Source: Myxococcales bacterium UBA4248 (GTDB lineage Bacteria > Myxococcota_A > Bradymonadia > UBA4248). Taken from it: a stretch of DNA of 64,000 bases. Of the stretch, positions 9,783-19,014 are shown piece after piece. The DNA lies in contig DGWW01000147.1 of the NCBI GenBank assembly GCA_002395385.1, positions 1,214-65,213 on the forward strand. Direction: 5' to 3'. The notes beneath the pieces were generated by a model. That model did not search any database, was not told where the DNA came from, and was given only the letters and a program-made list of their open reading frames with translations. The stretch's first letter is position 1; every line of letters starts with the position of its first letter. Both the position numbers and the translations under genes were made by a program.

Positions 9783-10238
9783 CTACTTCTTCATGCTGTC
9801 TGCTTTCGATTTAAGAACATCCTCTTCGGCCGTCAGCTGCTGCACCTGAGCTTCGAGCTTGCCGTATTCCGCCTTCAATGCTTTCAGTTTGGCTTCCGCT
9901 TCCATTGCTTTGCCCATTTCAACATCACGCAGCATGGATGCTTCAACGAAATCAATATAGACACCAAGCTTGAGCACGAGCGAGCTGACTTTTTCTTTCT
10001 CTTCTTTACCAATTAAGATGAGAGCTTCATCGATCCAGCTCGAAATCTGGGACATTTCGCTGTTATATCGTGCCGTATCGCCCGTTTTGATCTTTTCTAC
10101 CCGGAGCTGATACTGACGAACATCATCCCTCAACACCTTAATATCCTGAGCAAACACCTGGGAAACAGGGATGCTCATAAAAATGCCCAATCCCAGAAGG
10201 ACTCCTCGTCCTAAGCGCTTCAAATTCTTCTCAGACAT
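9783..10238 (-). CDS. secreted coiled-coil protein
   Basis: Start MSEKN at 10238 with a GGAGA/AGGAG RBS. Signal peptide ...LLGLGIFMSIPVSQVFA. Heptad-rich sequence. Confidence 0.6.
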   Translation of the reverse strand: MSEKNLKRLGRGVLLGLGIFMSIPVSQVFAQDIKVLRDDVRQYQLRVEKIKTGDTARYNSEMSQISSWIDEALILIGKEEKEKVSSLVLKLGVYIDFVEASMLRDVEMGKAMEAEAKLKALKAEYGKLEAQVQQLTAEEDVLKSKADSMKK

Positions 10239-10582
10239 CACAATCTCCTCTGCATGATTTATCAGCCTCACCATAAGGCTTTAAACAAGAGACACGGATA
10301 CTTAGCGCGAAATATCCCCAATTTCAACATTTCTCTGCGACCTCCGAAAAAACACACAAATAAAAAGTTATGTACAAACACCGCATAGCCCCCATTTATC
10401 CATGATTCAGATTTTGCAATACCCACTTTTTAGCCCCTATCATTATATATATGCAAATGAGCCAAGCCAGGGTGAAGCAGACGCATGCTCATTCTTGCCG
10501 GGGGAGCAGAAGACTGGCGTTTGGCGCATGCATAACCATGAAAGCAAGAGACGTGAGCAGTCACCCCGGATCCCGAGCCGGC

Positions 10583-10640
10583 ACAGGGGGTAGGCGCGTA
10601 TTTGCTTGCAAATAGCGCCGAAGGGGGCTTGCCCCCTACC
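10583..10640. repeat. REP-like nested palindrome
   Basis: GGGGGTAGG...GCGTATTTGC-TT-GCAAATAGCGC...CCCCTACCC. Shares the GCGTATT/AATAGC core with about 12 other intergenic loci. Confidence 0.6.
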
Positions 10641-10900
10641 CAAAACGCAATAAAGCCAAGCTCGTTTGTATGAATCACTGAAAAAAACACGTTCTACCCG
10701 TTCACAGACCATTATTTTTTTGGCATCGCCAAACCCTCATAAAACGAGCATATCATAACGCATTCCCCACATTTCACGCCCTATTGTCCTGTCCCAACGG
10801 GACTTATTCATATTAATTTTGCTTTCGATCATAAAATCACGTATCTTAGAATTAGTTTTTTTGTTTCGGTAACATGTCCGAACCAAGAGGAGCATTTTGA

Positions 10901-11263
10901 ATGCCCAAAGTGATGATTTTAGACAATCAGCTTTCGGATGTTTTCGAGCTGGAAGATATTCTAAAAGCGGCGGGGTACGAAGTATGCTCTCTGACAGGGC
11001 CGTATGGGATTCTTTCGAAATTTGATTTTGAGAAACCCGATATTCTCCTGTTCAACCCGGACATGCCGAACGTCGATACAGATACCGTCCTGTCAACGCT
11101 CATGACGGCTTCAACCATGTCCAAAATGATTGTTGTACTGCTATGCAGCGGTGACGAAGAGGCAATCGAACAGTACTGCAAGCAAATGAACCTTCATGGT
11201 TATTACATGAAGGAGTCAGGCTATGACCAGATCGTCGATTATCTGAAGCTGTTTTATCAATAA
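10901..11263 (+). CDS. stand-alone receiver (REC) domain protein, apparently degenerate (pseudo-receiver)
   Basis: CheY-like fold pattern. ILDNQ replaces the DD pair and LLFNPDMPNVD puts Asn at the phospho-acceptor position (by-eye alignment). The conserved Lys is present (YYMKE). Confidence 0.65.
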   Translation: MPKVMILDNQLSDVFELEDILKAAGYEVCSLTGPYGILSKFDFEKPDILLFNPDMPNVDTDTVLSTLMTASTMSKMIVVLLCSGDEEAIEQYCKQMNLHGYYMKESGYDQIVDYLKLFYQ

Positions 11264-11333
11264 AAGAATTCAGTTATTGGTGCGATCTCCGCTCCGTTTT
11301 TAGTTTACCAGCAAAACGAGGCAACCCTAAGTC

Positions 11334-12404
11334 ATGAATGCGCAACGGCTTGGCCCCTATCTTCTGCTCAAACGTCTTGGCATAGGCGGTATGGCTGAGA
11401 CATGGCTGGCTGCGCGTCAGATTTCGACAGATGTGATCAAATTTGTAGCGCTGAAATGCATTCTGAGTGCATACAATGCCATTCCCGACTATATCCGTTT
11501 ATTCTATCGGGAAGCGGCCATCAGCCTTGCCCTTGATCACTCCAATATCATAAACATCTGGGACTGTGACGTCATAGAGGGACGCCATGTCATGGTCATG
11601 GAGTTTATGGAAGGTGTCACGCTCGATGCATTGCTCAAGCGTGCGCCATGTCATCAGCTTACGCCCGAAATTGCATCGTATATTGCGCTGGAAATTTTGA
11701 ACGCCCTGTCCTACCTTCATTCGCTGCAGCAAAGGGATGGCACGCCTCTTCACATCATTCATCGCGACATCAATCCCCAGAATATTTTTATTTATTACGA
11801 TGGAAGGTGCAAGCTATTCGATTTTGGCGTAGCCCGGACAGGATCCTTTGAAGATGATTTGCAGCAGGGCATGCTCGTTGGCAAGCCTGCTTACATGAGC
11901 CCCGAACAATGTTACGGAAATGCGTTGGATCCCCGAAGTGACTTATTCTCACTCGCCACGGTGTTATATGAAATGTCGACGGGGCATTCTGCTTTTGGCA
12001 GTGACAATGACATCAAAACGCTCAATGCCGTCATGACTCAGAATCCCGTTTCACCGTCAGCGCACAACACCATTTTTCCTTCATTTCTCTCGCGCATCAT
12101 CATGAGAGGGCTTGAAAAAGATCCCAGCCATCGCTACGCGGATGCCAATGCATTTATTCAGGATCTGGCGATGTTCCGAAAAGTGACCGGAAATTCCGGC
12201 GGACAGACGATTCTTCAGGGATGGATGTCTGCACTGTTTGCAGATGAAATCTCGCAGTCCAAGGCTTACCTCACCCAGGTTGCATCCGATTTGTCGCAAA
12301 GTGCCCCCACTCTGGATGAACTCATCGCATCATCCCAAATGCTCGACTCATTCTCGGGCACAGGGGGCAGCCTTCAAATAACAATGTCAAAGCTGCCATC
12401 CTGA
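11334..12404 (+). CDS. Ser/Thr protein kinase (Hanks-type), cytoplasmic, with an atypical catalytic loop
   Basis: Motifs LGIGGMAETW, VALK, HRDINPQN (Lys of HRDLKPxN replaced by Asn), DFG, YMSPEQ. Confidence 0.9.
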   Translation: MNAQRLGPYLLLKRLGIGGMAETWLAARQISTDVIKFVALKCILSAYNAIPDYIRLFYREAAISLALDHSNIINIWDCDVIEGRHVMVMEFMEGVTLDALLKRAPCHQLTPEIASYIALEILNALSYLHSLQQRDGTPLHIIHRDINPQNIFIYYDGRCKLFDFGVARTGSFEDDLQQGMLVGKPAYMSPEQCYGNALDPRSDLFSLATVLYEMSTGHSAFGSDNDIKTLNAVMTQNPVSPSAHNTIFPSFLSRIIMRGLEKDPSHRYADANAFIQDLAMFRKVTGNSGGQTILQGWMSALFADEISQSKAYLTQVASDLSQSAPTLDELIASSQMLDSFSGTGGSLQITMSKLPS

Positions 12405-12476
12405 AAATGAAATACTCGAGGTAACCGTTGAGCCCGTATGCTATTTCTAAAGCCTCGAGGTTGAATCATTATAAGG

Positions 12477-12612
12477 CATGGGGCAGAAGTGGCTCAGACA
12501 CAGAGCTTTAGCGATTGTCGGGATTCATGTTTTTCCCTGAGAATACTTACTGTTGCCTACAGCCTGCTGCCCGGTTGACTCAGCCTCATTCCTTAAGATG
12601 AGATCATAGGGG
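12477..12612. repeat. roughly 120-135 bp repeated element, copy A (copy B at 54199..54337)
   Basis: About 80% identity to 54199..54337 (acacagag..tagcgattgtcgg..catacttactgttgcc..ctgactca..gacatagg). Confidence 0.7.
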
Positions 12613-12724
12613 CTGAACAGAAACCGGGATTGCTTGAATAATTGCCTCATGCGAGTTTAATCGTTACATTATGTTGCCAATGTTTTTATGGCGCGGTAAA
12701 ATAAATAGCCTTTAACTTTTCGTT

Positions 12725-14944
12725 GTGTTGGATAGTCCCGTGATACAGCCTAAAATTTTTGGAAAATTCATTTTACTTGAGCGAGTCAGCGTCGGTGGCA
12801 TGGCAGAGGTCTACCGAGCCAAACTTCTGGATGCTCCGGACTTTGAACGTTTTTTTGCCATCAAGCGCATCCTGCCGCATCTAGCAGCAGACGAAGACTT
12901 TGTCTCCATGTTTATTAACGAGGCAAAGCTGGCAGTAGAACTTGAGCACCCCAATGTATGCCAAATCTATGAGTTGGGACGTCTTGGCGATTCCCACTAC
13001 ATCGCGATGGAATACATTGCAGGCCGTGATGTCAAAGCCATCCAGGAATACTACCGCAAAAAGAAAAAAATCATGAGTGTCAGTCAGGCATGTTTTATCA
13101 TTGCCCAGGCGGCACAGGGGCTGGATTATGCCCATCGTGCGGTGGATAAAGACGGGCAGCCGATGGGAATCGTCCACCGGGATGTGAGCCCGCAAAACCT
13201 GCTCGTCACTTATGATGGCGTCGTCAAGCTCATCGATTTTGGCGTCTCAAAAGCAGCTCGCAAGACATCCCATTCGATGGATGGCGTGCTTAAGGGCAAG
13301 TACAGCTACATGAGCCCCGAACAGGCGATGAATCAGGAAATCGATCATCGATCCGATATTTTTGCACTTGGTGTCATCTTTTGGGAGCTTCTGACAGGGC
13401 GCAGACTTTTTCAGGCAGAAGCAGAAATCGCCATTCTTGAGATGATCTCCGAATGCGACATTACCCCGCCCACCAAATACAACAAGCTCATACCGGATGC
13501 AGTCGAAAAGATCTGCATGAAGGCACTCTCGAAAGACATTTCAAAACGCTACAAATTTGCGAGTGAAATGGTCGTCGACTTGATTGAATTTATCAGCAGC
13601 TGCAAGACACCTTTTACGCAATGGCACCTTCAGACCTGGATGTGCAAAGCATTTGCAAAGGAATTTGAAGAAGAGTGGGAGAAGATTCCCATCTTCAAGC
13701 AGATCAACACAGTCGAAGATGTCGACAGATACAACCGCGAGCATGCCAGCAGTTATACCAGCGACACAGGTTCAAAGCCCAAAGCAATTGATTCTGCCGC
13801 ATTATCCGAGGCATCACTCGATGAGCTTGAGAATGGCACTGCCCCACTGACAGAGGATGAGCTTGCCAAAGCCTCTTCGGCGAAGCTGTCGACAGTTCCC
13901 GCAGAAGTCATACGGGTCGAGGCCCCCGAAGGCGGCAAAGCCATCCCCATTGTCAAGCCACGAACAGTCAAGGCCAAGGTTCCCGAAGGTTCCGGTCCTC
14001 GCCTCGACATATCCGCAGACTCACTCCATTCCGAAGAAGATGTTGAGCTCATTCCCGAAGGGGTCGCCCCCACGGTGTCCGACCCGAACTATGTGCGCAT
14101 GAAGCGCATCGTAAGACGCGCACGAACCCGCACCGGGCTTGCGATTTTTATTATCGTGCTTTGCATTTGCCTGATGGCAAGCCCACTCATCTTCGTTTTT
14201 GACTTAATACAGCTGCCCAAACCGGAACTGAAACTCCCGACATCGGCAGAAGTCACATTTAATATTGCCCCTACCTCAGAAAAATCAGCGGAAACAGAAG
14301 TATTTCTTTATCGTTTTCCGCGGAATGCGACAGACAAGCCGGCCGAAACAGCCAAAGGCGCCAATGTTACATTTTCATCCCTAGAGGCCGGTTCGTATTC
14401 GGTCGATGTCGTGATGCCCGGGTATGAGCGCGAAACCTTCAACATTGATCTCGAAAACGGCAGGTCCCAGGCACGCCTCGAGCTTTTGCGTCCCAAACCC
14501 GTCCTAACCAAATATACGGTGAATATTTCACCGGAGGACGCCCTTCTCTTTCTCGACGGAAAACGCATTCAGGGAGCAGGAAGCACCAGAATTATTGAAG
14601 GCACCGTGGGGAATAGCTACACCCTCCGAGCCTACAAACCAGGATTTCAGCCGAAGCTGCTTGCAGGAACAATCGAAGCCGACATGAAACTCACAATGGC
14701 ACTCGAACCGGGAAGTCCGGTAACGCTCCACGTAGCATCCTCTCCAGAACATTGCACCGTCATCGTCAGCAGCAACGGCAGCCAGATTGCCAAAGGCGAG
14801 ACGCCATATAAGCTAGAAATCAACCCGCAATTGAGCGACATTCATATCGAGGTATCTCATCCCGATTACGAGAAGTGGACTCAAACAGTGTCCATCAAAG
14901 ATCTCGAAGACCCCAATATCAAACTATTTGCAGACCTGAATTAA
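12725..14944 (+). CDS. transmembrane Ser/Thr protein kinase with extracellular PEGA-domain repeats
   Basis: Kinase motifs VGGMAEVY, AIKRI, HRDVSPQN (catalytic-loop Lys replaced by Ser), DFGVSK, YMSPEQ. TM helix LAIFIIVLCICLMASPLIFVF. Three PEGA-like repeats (VVMPGYERETFNI, LRAYKPGFQPK, VSHPDYEKWTQTV). Confidence 0.9.
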   Translation: MLDSPVIQPKIFGKFILLERVSVGGMAEVYRAKLLDAPDFERFFAIKRILPHLAADEDFVSMFINEAKLAVELEHPNVCQIYELGRLGDSHYIAMEYIAGRDVKAIQEYYRKKKKIMSVSQACFIIAQAAQGLDYAHRAVDKDGQPMGIVHRDVSPQNLLVTYDGVVKLIDFGVSKAARKTSHSMDGVLKGKYSYMSPEQAMNQEIDHRSDIFALGVIFWELLTGRRLFQAEAEIAILEMISECDITPPTKYNKLIPDAVEKICMKALSKDISKRYKFASEMVVDLIEFISSCKTPFTQWHLQTWMCKAFAKEFEEEWEKIPIFKQINTVEDVDRYNREHASSYTSDTGSKPKAIDSAALSEASLDELENGTAPLTEDELAKASSAKLSTVPAEVIRVEAPEGGKAIPIVKPRTVKAKVPEGSGPRLDISADSLHSEEDVELIPEGVAPTVSDPNYVRMKRIVRRARTRTGLAIFIIVLCICLMASPLIFVFDLIQLPKPELKLPTSAEVTFNIAPTSEKSAETEVFLYRFPRNATDKPAETAKGANVTFSSLEAGSYSVDVVMPGYERETFNIDLENGRSQARLELLRPKPVLTKYTVNISPEDALLFLDGKRIQGAGSTRIIEGTVGNSYTLRAYKPGFQPKLLAGTIEADMKLTMALEPGSPVTLHVASSPEHCTVIVSSNGSQIAKGETPYKLEINPQLSDIHIEVSHPDYEKWTQTVSIKDLEDPNIKLFADLN

Positions 14945-15156
14945 CCCTTTGGCGATGTTTCATCAGCGTGGACATGAATTCGGCTGAATAGTAAGGATAA
15001 AACATTTCGGACATCTGAATCCACTTGACGCAAGAGATTAAGATGAAGTAAACTACGTAACCGCGTCGGCATCTAAATTTGCCATGTATTTAAAAACAGT
15101 TCGTGCATTTGTAAACAAACAACATGCAAACGACAATTGAGGAAGCTTAGGAGGGG

Positions 15157-16272
15157 ATGTTGAATTCTTTGAACAATAATCCCGGGTATGGAAATTTGGA
15201 CGGTATATCCGAAGAAGAAGTTGTCATCAAGGAAGAGTACGAGCCAGAGCCGGATGACTATAACTATGTACCGCAGATTCACGAAGTAGACGAAGCGGAG
15301 ATTCGCAATCTGTCCGCAATCCGCGAAGAGACCCAGGTAGACACCCGTGTCTACAAAGTCAGTGCGGCATTCCTTGTATTGGCACTCATCGGTGGTGGAA
15401 TTGGTCTTGCTGCGGCATCGCACTCTGCCTCCAAGGCAGACATTCAGCGCAAAGCTTCAATTGCCAAAACAATCAAAAATACGACAGAGACCAAGCTGTC
15501 CGGTTTTGACAAGTTCTATTCAGAATTTTCAAAAGTGGCGCAGGCCAACTACGATGAATCGAGCTTCCAAAGTGTCATTGCACAATACAGCAAGTACAAT
15601 TTTATGCTGGACATGTCGAGCGAGGTCACGTCTGAAGCCGTTTTGCTGGCAGGTGAAGCCCAGAATCCGCTCGAAGGTCTGCGTAAATATTCTGCCGACA
15701 CAATGCTTCTGACGCAGCTTTTGAGTTCCCACGTCAACGAGACACGTGCGGACTCGGATGAAATCCTCGAGCTCCAGAGCAAGAGTGACCATTCGAAAGT
15801 TGTATATGCCATGCAGGTTTTGCCGGATGCCATCCATTATCTTGCAACGGATGCCCCGCGTTCCCAGTATGCCAACGGCGTCATCGGCATCTACACCTAT
15901 CGCAGTGTCATCGAAGACGATGTCGAAGCATCGAGTGCATACAGCCAGTTAAAGGTCGATCAGAGATGGTCAGAGTGGCAGCGTTCGCGCCGCGATTATC
16001 AGCCGGCAAACAAGAAAGAGGCCATTCCAGAAGGTCTCGATCTCCCCAATCACCTGCTGTACCGCGTACTCGACCGACGTGGCAACGAATCCTTGCTTTT
16101 TGCAGACGAAGTCATCCTCGTCGACCGTTCTTTGCTCTTCGGCAAGTCGGCAAATGCCCTCGAACGCTACCAGCAGCGCAATGAGATGATCAAAGCCGTG
16201 CTCGATCGTGCAAAATCAGAAAGTGCAAGCATCGTTTCCCAACTCGAATCGTTTATTCCAAAAGATAAGTAA
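15157..16272 (+). CDS. membrane protein of unknown function, paralog A of a tandem pair
   Basis: AGGAGG RBS. One TM (VYKVSAAFLVLALIGGGIGLAAA). The C-terminal 280 aa are homologous to 16366..17667 (NPLEGLRKY.., FADEVILVDRSLLFGKSANALERY). Confidence 0.8.
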   Translation: MLNSLNNNPGYGNLDGISEEEVVIKEEYEPEPDDYNYVPQIHEVDEAEIRNLSAIREETQVDTRVYKVSAAFLVLALIGGGIGLAAASHSASKADIQRKASIAKTIKNTTETKLSGFDKFYSEFSKVAQANYDESSFQSVIAQYSKYNFMLDMSSEVTSEAVLLAGEAQNPLEGLRKYSADTMLLTQLLSSHVNETRADSDEILELQSKSDHSKVVYAMQVLPDAIHYLATDAPRSQYANGVIGIYTYRSVIEDDVEASSAYSQLKVDQRWSEWQRSRRDYQPANKKEAIPEGLDLPNHLLYRVLDRRGNESLLFADEVILVDRSLLFGKSANALERYQQRNEMIKAVLDRAKSESASIVSQLESFIPKDK

Positions 16273-16365
16273 GACCATACGGCACTTCCGTTGCCGTCAC
16301 TCCCTGATATAATCAATTTATTTAGCATTAGACGGATTCGTCCGCCCTTGTTTGCTTAGGAGGGA

Positions 16366-17667
16366 ATGTTGAATTCTTCCAATAACTCAAAGTTCAAGAA
16401 TATCGATGAACTCAAAGCCCGTATGGCTGCCAAAAATAGCGGCGGCGGTGGCGGATTCGGCGGTGGCGCAGGCGGCTTCGGCGGCGGTGGCGGTTTCGGC
16501 GGCGGATTCAGTGGGAAAGTTCCCAAACAATCCAAAGAAATCGTCATTCATGATGAAGATAAAGGCCCAGGGAAAATGTTCGACTTCGATATGGATCAGG
16601 TCGATAAATCCCTCATGCCACCCAAAGATAATACGAAACCTATCATGGTTTGTTTCGTAGGCGTCATCTGCCTCGTTTTCGGATGCTTCATCGGATGGTG
16701 CTGGCAGGGCGTTCTCGCCGATCGCGCGAGCGTTAACGAACGTATCAAAGTCGCAAATGAAGTTGAGGGTCACGTTCAGCCCAAAATCGATGCCTTCCAA
16801 ACTTTTGCACAGGTCTGGAAACAACGCAGCGAATCCCTCGGTGCCGGCGTCCTCGAATACAATCACGACTTCTACAATAACGTCATTAAAACTTATAAAA
16901 GCAAAAACTTTATCCTCGACGTCAGCTCCGACCTGCCCAAAGGTACCATCTCCATGGCCAGCAACTCCGCTCAAAATCCCCTGAGCGACCTCCGCGGCTT
17001 CGGTGCCGGTACCACACTCCTCGGCGCACTCCTCGATTCCCACATTCAGCAGACCGACGCTGATATGGATGAAATCCAGACCCTCCTCGGACAAAGCAGC
17101 GCCACCGACAGACATATCGTCTATGCTCTCAAAGTCGATGCCGCTCAATTGCTCACCCTCACCGAAATGGGCTCCGACCGTTTCCTCAAAGCCTTTACCT
17201 GCACACAAGTTTATCAGGTAAAACGCGCTATCACCGACGATACCGAAGCTAGCAAGATTTTCCAGCAAATGATCGATTCCGGTAAGGTTCCTGCCGATCA
17301 GGTCAAAGCCAGAACTTATTCCGAAGAAGAAGACGTTCAGAAGAAAAAGGCAAAGGAAAAAGCTGCAAAAGCCGCAAAAGCCGGTAAAAAAGTTGACGAA
17401 GTTGCCGAAATCACGACCGATCCCAACCTCGTACTGCCCAAACGTCTCATCTATGAGATCGTCGATAAATCCGGTGCTTCCCAATATGTCTTCGCCGATG
17501 AAGTCATTCTCATCGGACGCGACAAGCTCTTTGCTGAAAGCGCAAACGCCCTTGAGCGCTATCGTAAACGTATGATTCAGATACTGGCCATCCTCGGCGA
17601 AATCGAAAAAACGACCGATGGACTCCAGAACAGACTCCATATCATCGCTACCGAAGAGCCTCTATAA
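16366..17667 (+). CDS. membrane protein of unknown function, paralog B of a tandem pair, with a Gly-rich N-terminus and a Lys-rich insert
   Basis: Nearly the same RBS/start context as paralog A (gcttaggaggg-ATGTTGAATTCTT). One TM. Conserved C-terminal FADEVILIGRDKLFAESANALERY. The antisense ORF 16387..17640 is rejected. Confidence 0.8.
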   Translation: MLNSSNNSKFKNIDELKARMAAKNSGGGGGFGGGAGGFGGGGGFGGGFSGKVPKQSKEIVIHDEDKGPGKMFDFDMDQVDKSLMPPKDNTKPIMVCFVGVICLVFGCFIGWCWQGVLADRASVNERIKVANEVEGHVQPKIDAFQTFAQVWKQRSESLGAGVLEYNHDFYNNVIKTYKSKNFILDVSSDLPKGTISMASNSAQNPLSDLRGFGAGTTLLGALLDSHIQQTDADMDEIQTLLGQSSATDRHIVYALKVDAAQLLTLTEMGSDRFLKAFTCTQVYQVKRAITDDTEASKIFQQMIDSGKVPADQVKARTYSEEEDVQKKKAKEKAAKAAKAGKKVDEVAEITTDPNLVLPKRLIYEIVDKSGASQYVFADEVILIGRDKLFAESANALERYRKRMIQILAILGEIEKTTDGLQNRLHIIATEEPL

Positions 17668-17678
17668 GCTACCTTAAA

Positions 17679-17703
17679 GCCTCTGGAAACAGAGGCTTTT
17701 TTA
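17679..17703 (+). terminator. Rho-independent terminator
   Basis: GCCTCTG-GAAA-CAGAGGC followed by TTTTTT. Confidence 0.7.
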
Positions 17704-17824
17704 TTGCCTGTTTCACATCTTTCTCCCCCGCTTCATTACCGATGATACACACCTCATCGCTTTTCTATTAAAGAGTGGGGCCGGGTTATTTCGCTGCGCT
17801 CAATACACCACGGCCTTCGACGCT

Positions 17825-18421
17825 ATGATATACGCGTCGAATTTTTTATTTGTACCTCGCTCACAAACGGCCAATGCCATGCGTATTCTGTTTTCTGCTC
17901 TCATTTTCCTTACACTTGCCGCCCTATCCCCCGCTATCGCATCTGCACATCCGGATTCTCACGAAATTATTCAGAAAATTGCGCTCGAAGAACTCGCCAT
18001 CACCAATTCCAAACTCCCCATTGCTTTAAAATTGCCCAAAACCTGGAAATCTCAGCCCACCAATGAAAACACACTGATTTTCTGGGTGCCCTACCACAAT
18101 GGTGTGATGGGACATATCGAAAAGAGAGACAATCCCATGTCCTGGAACGATTCAATCTCGTTTCTCTCCGATTTTTTTAAAACCAAATTCAAAGAGGATT
18201 CGAAAGAAACTTTCCAGTTGGAATCGGGGATTCAAGGGGAAAAAGGTACGATTTCCGGCCCCATCGGTGGCGAGGAATACAGGTTATTTGTGTGCGTCGC
18301 CCAATTAGCGGACAACACGGTAATCTTGTATTACGCTTCTGCGCCGATTCTCTGGTTCCAGGCCTACGAACCTTTATTGAATGACATCCTCAAATCTTTC
18401 CAATTGCCCTCTGCCAATTAA
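17825..18421 (+). CDS. hypothetical secreted protein. The start may be the internal M at 17879
   Basis: Signal-peptide-like MRILFSALIFLTLAALSPAIASA. No known domain recognised. Confidence 0.5.
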   Translation: MIYASNFLFVPRSQTANAMRILFSALIFLTLAALSPAIASAHPDSHEIIQKIALEELAITNSKLPIALKLPKTWKSQPTNENTLIFWVPYHNGVMGHIEKRDNPMSWNDSISFLSDFFKTKFKEDSKETFQLESGIQGEKGTISGPIGGEEYRLFVCVAQLADNTVILYYASAPILWFQAYEPLLNDILKSFQLPSAN

Positions 18422-18435
18422 TCTTCTCTGATCAG

Positions 18436-18535
18436 CTGCGCGTATGCCGCAGGCATAGCGCAGCTGCGCCGGGCGTATTTGGGGCAAAGCCCCAAATAGC
18501 CGGCATGCCGTCGGCGTATGAAATAGCCGCGGCCC
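18436..18535. repeat. cluster of REP-like palindromes
   Basis: cagctgcGCGTATGCC-GCAG-GCATAGCGcagctg, and TATTTGGGGC-AAA-GCCCCAAATA. Confidence 0.6.
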
Positions 18536-19000
18536 CTACCATCCAAACGGCTCTCGCAAGCAGTACGCATTGGGATAATACCGAATTCTCGGCATTTTTT
18601 TTCTGGGTACGATCAGTGCGGCAATATCGCAACGATATACAGCTTTGAGCCTTGCATGGTTACCAATCCACTGTCGGATCGTCGCAGACAATTTGCGTTG
18701 TTTTGCAGCTGTGACATTGAGTTCTGGGGATAGTCCTTCTGCATTTGAACGCGATTTGACCTCGACAAAAACGACAGTCGGATAGCCTTTCAAATCAGCA
18801 TGCATCTTACAGGCAATAATATCGACCTCGCCACGCGGCGTTTCATAATTGCGCGCAAGGATGCTCCAACCGCGATTTTTTAAATAATGTATGACCAAAT
18901 TCTCTGCACTGCGACCAACTCGTCTTGCAGCCGTCAAAAAACGATAATGCGGTGTCCAGAATTGCCTCTGATGTAAGTGTTTGTGAGTTTGTTTGTTCAT
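18536..19000 (-). CDS. yraN: YraN-family (UPF0102) PD-(D/E)xK endonuclease-like protein
   Basis: ...GEVDIIACK...VVFVEVKSRSN... Start MNKQTHK at 19000 with an AGGAGG RBS. The listed ORF extends 14 codons further upstream without an RBS. Confidence 0.65.
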   Translation of the reverse strand: MNKQTHKHLHQRQFWTPHYRFLTAARRVGRSAENLVIHYLKNRGWSILARNYETPRGEVDIIACKMHADLKGYPTVVFVEVKSRSNAEGLSPELNVTAAKQRKLSATIRQWIGNHARLKAVYRCDIAALIVPRKKMPRIRYYPNAYCLREPFGW

Positions 19001-19014
19001 TCTTTTCCTCCTTT

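Noticed and set aside
16387-17640. 417-aa minus-strand ORF
   Set aside because: It is antisense to paralog B, whose plus-strand reading is supported by homology to paralog A and by its RBS. The minus-strand ORF has no motif or RBS.
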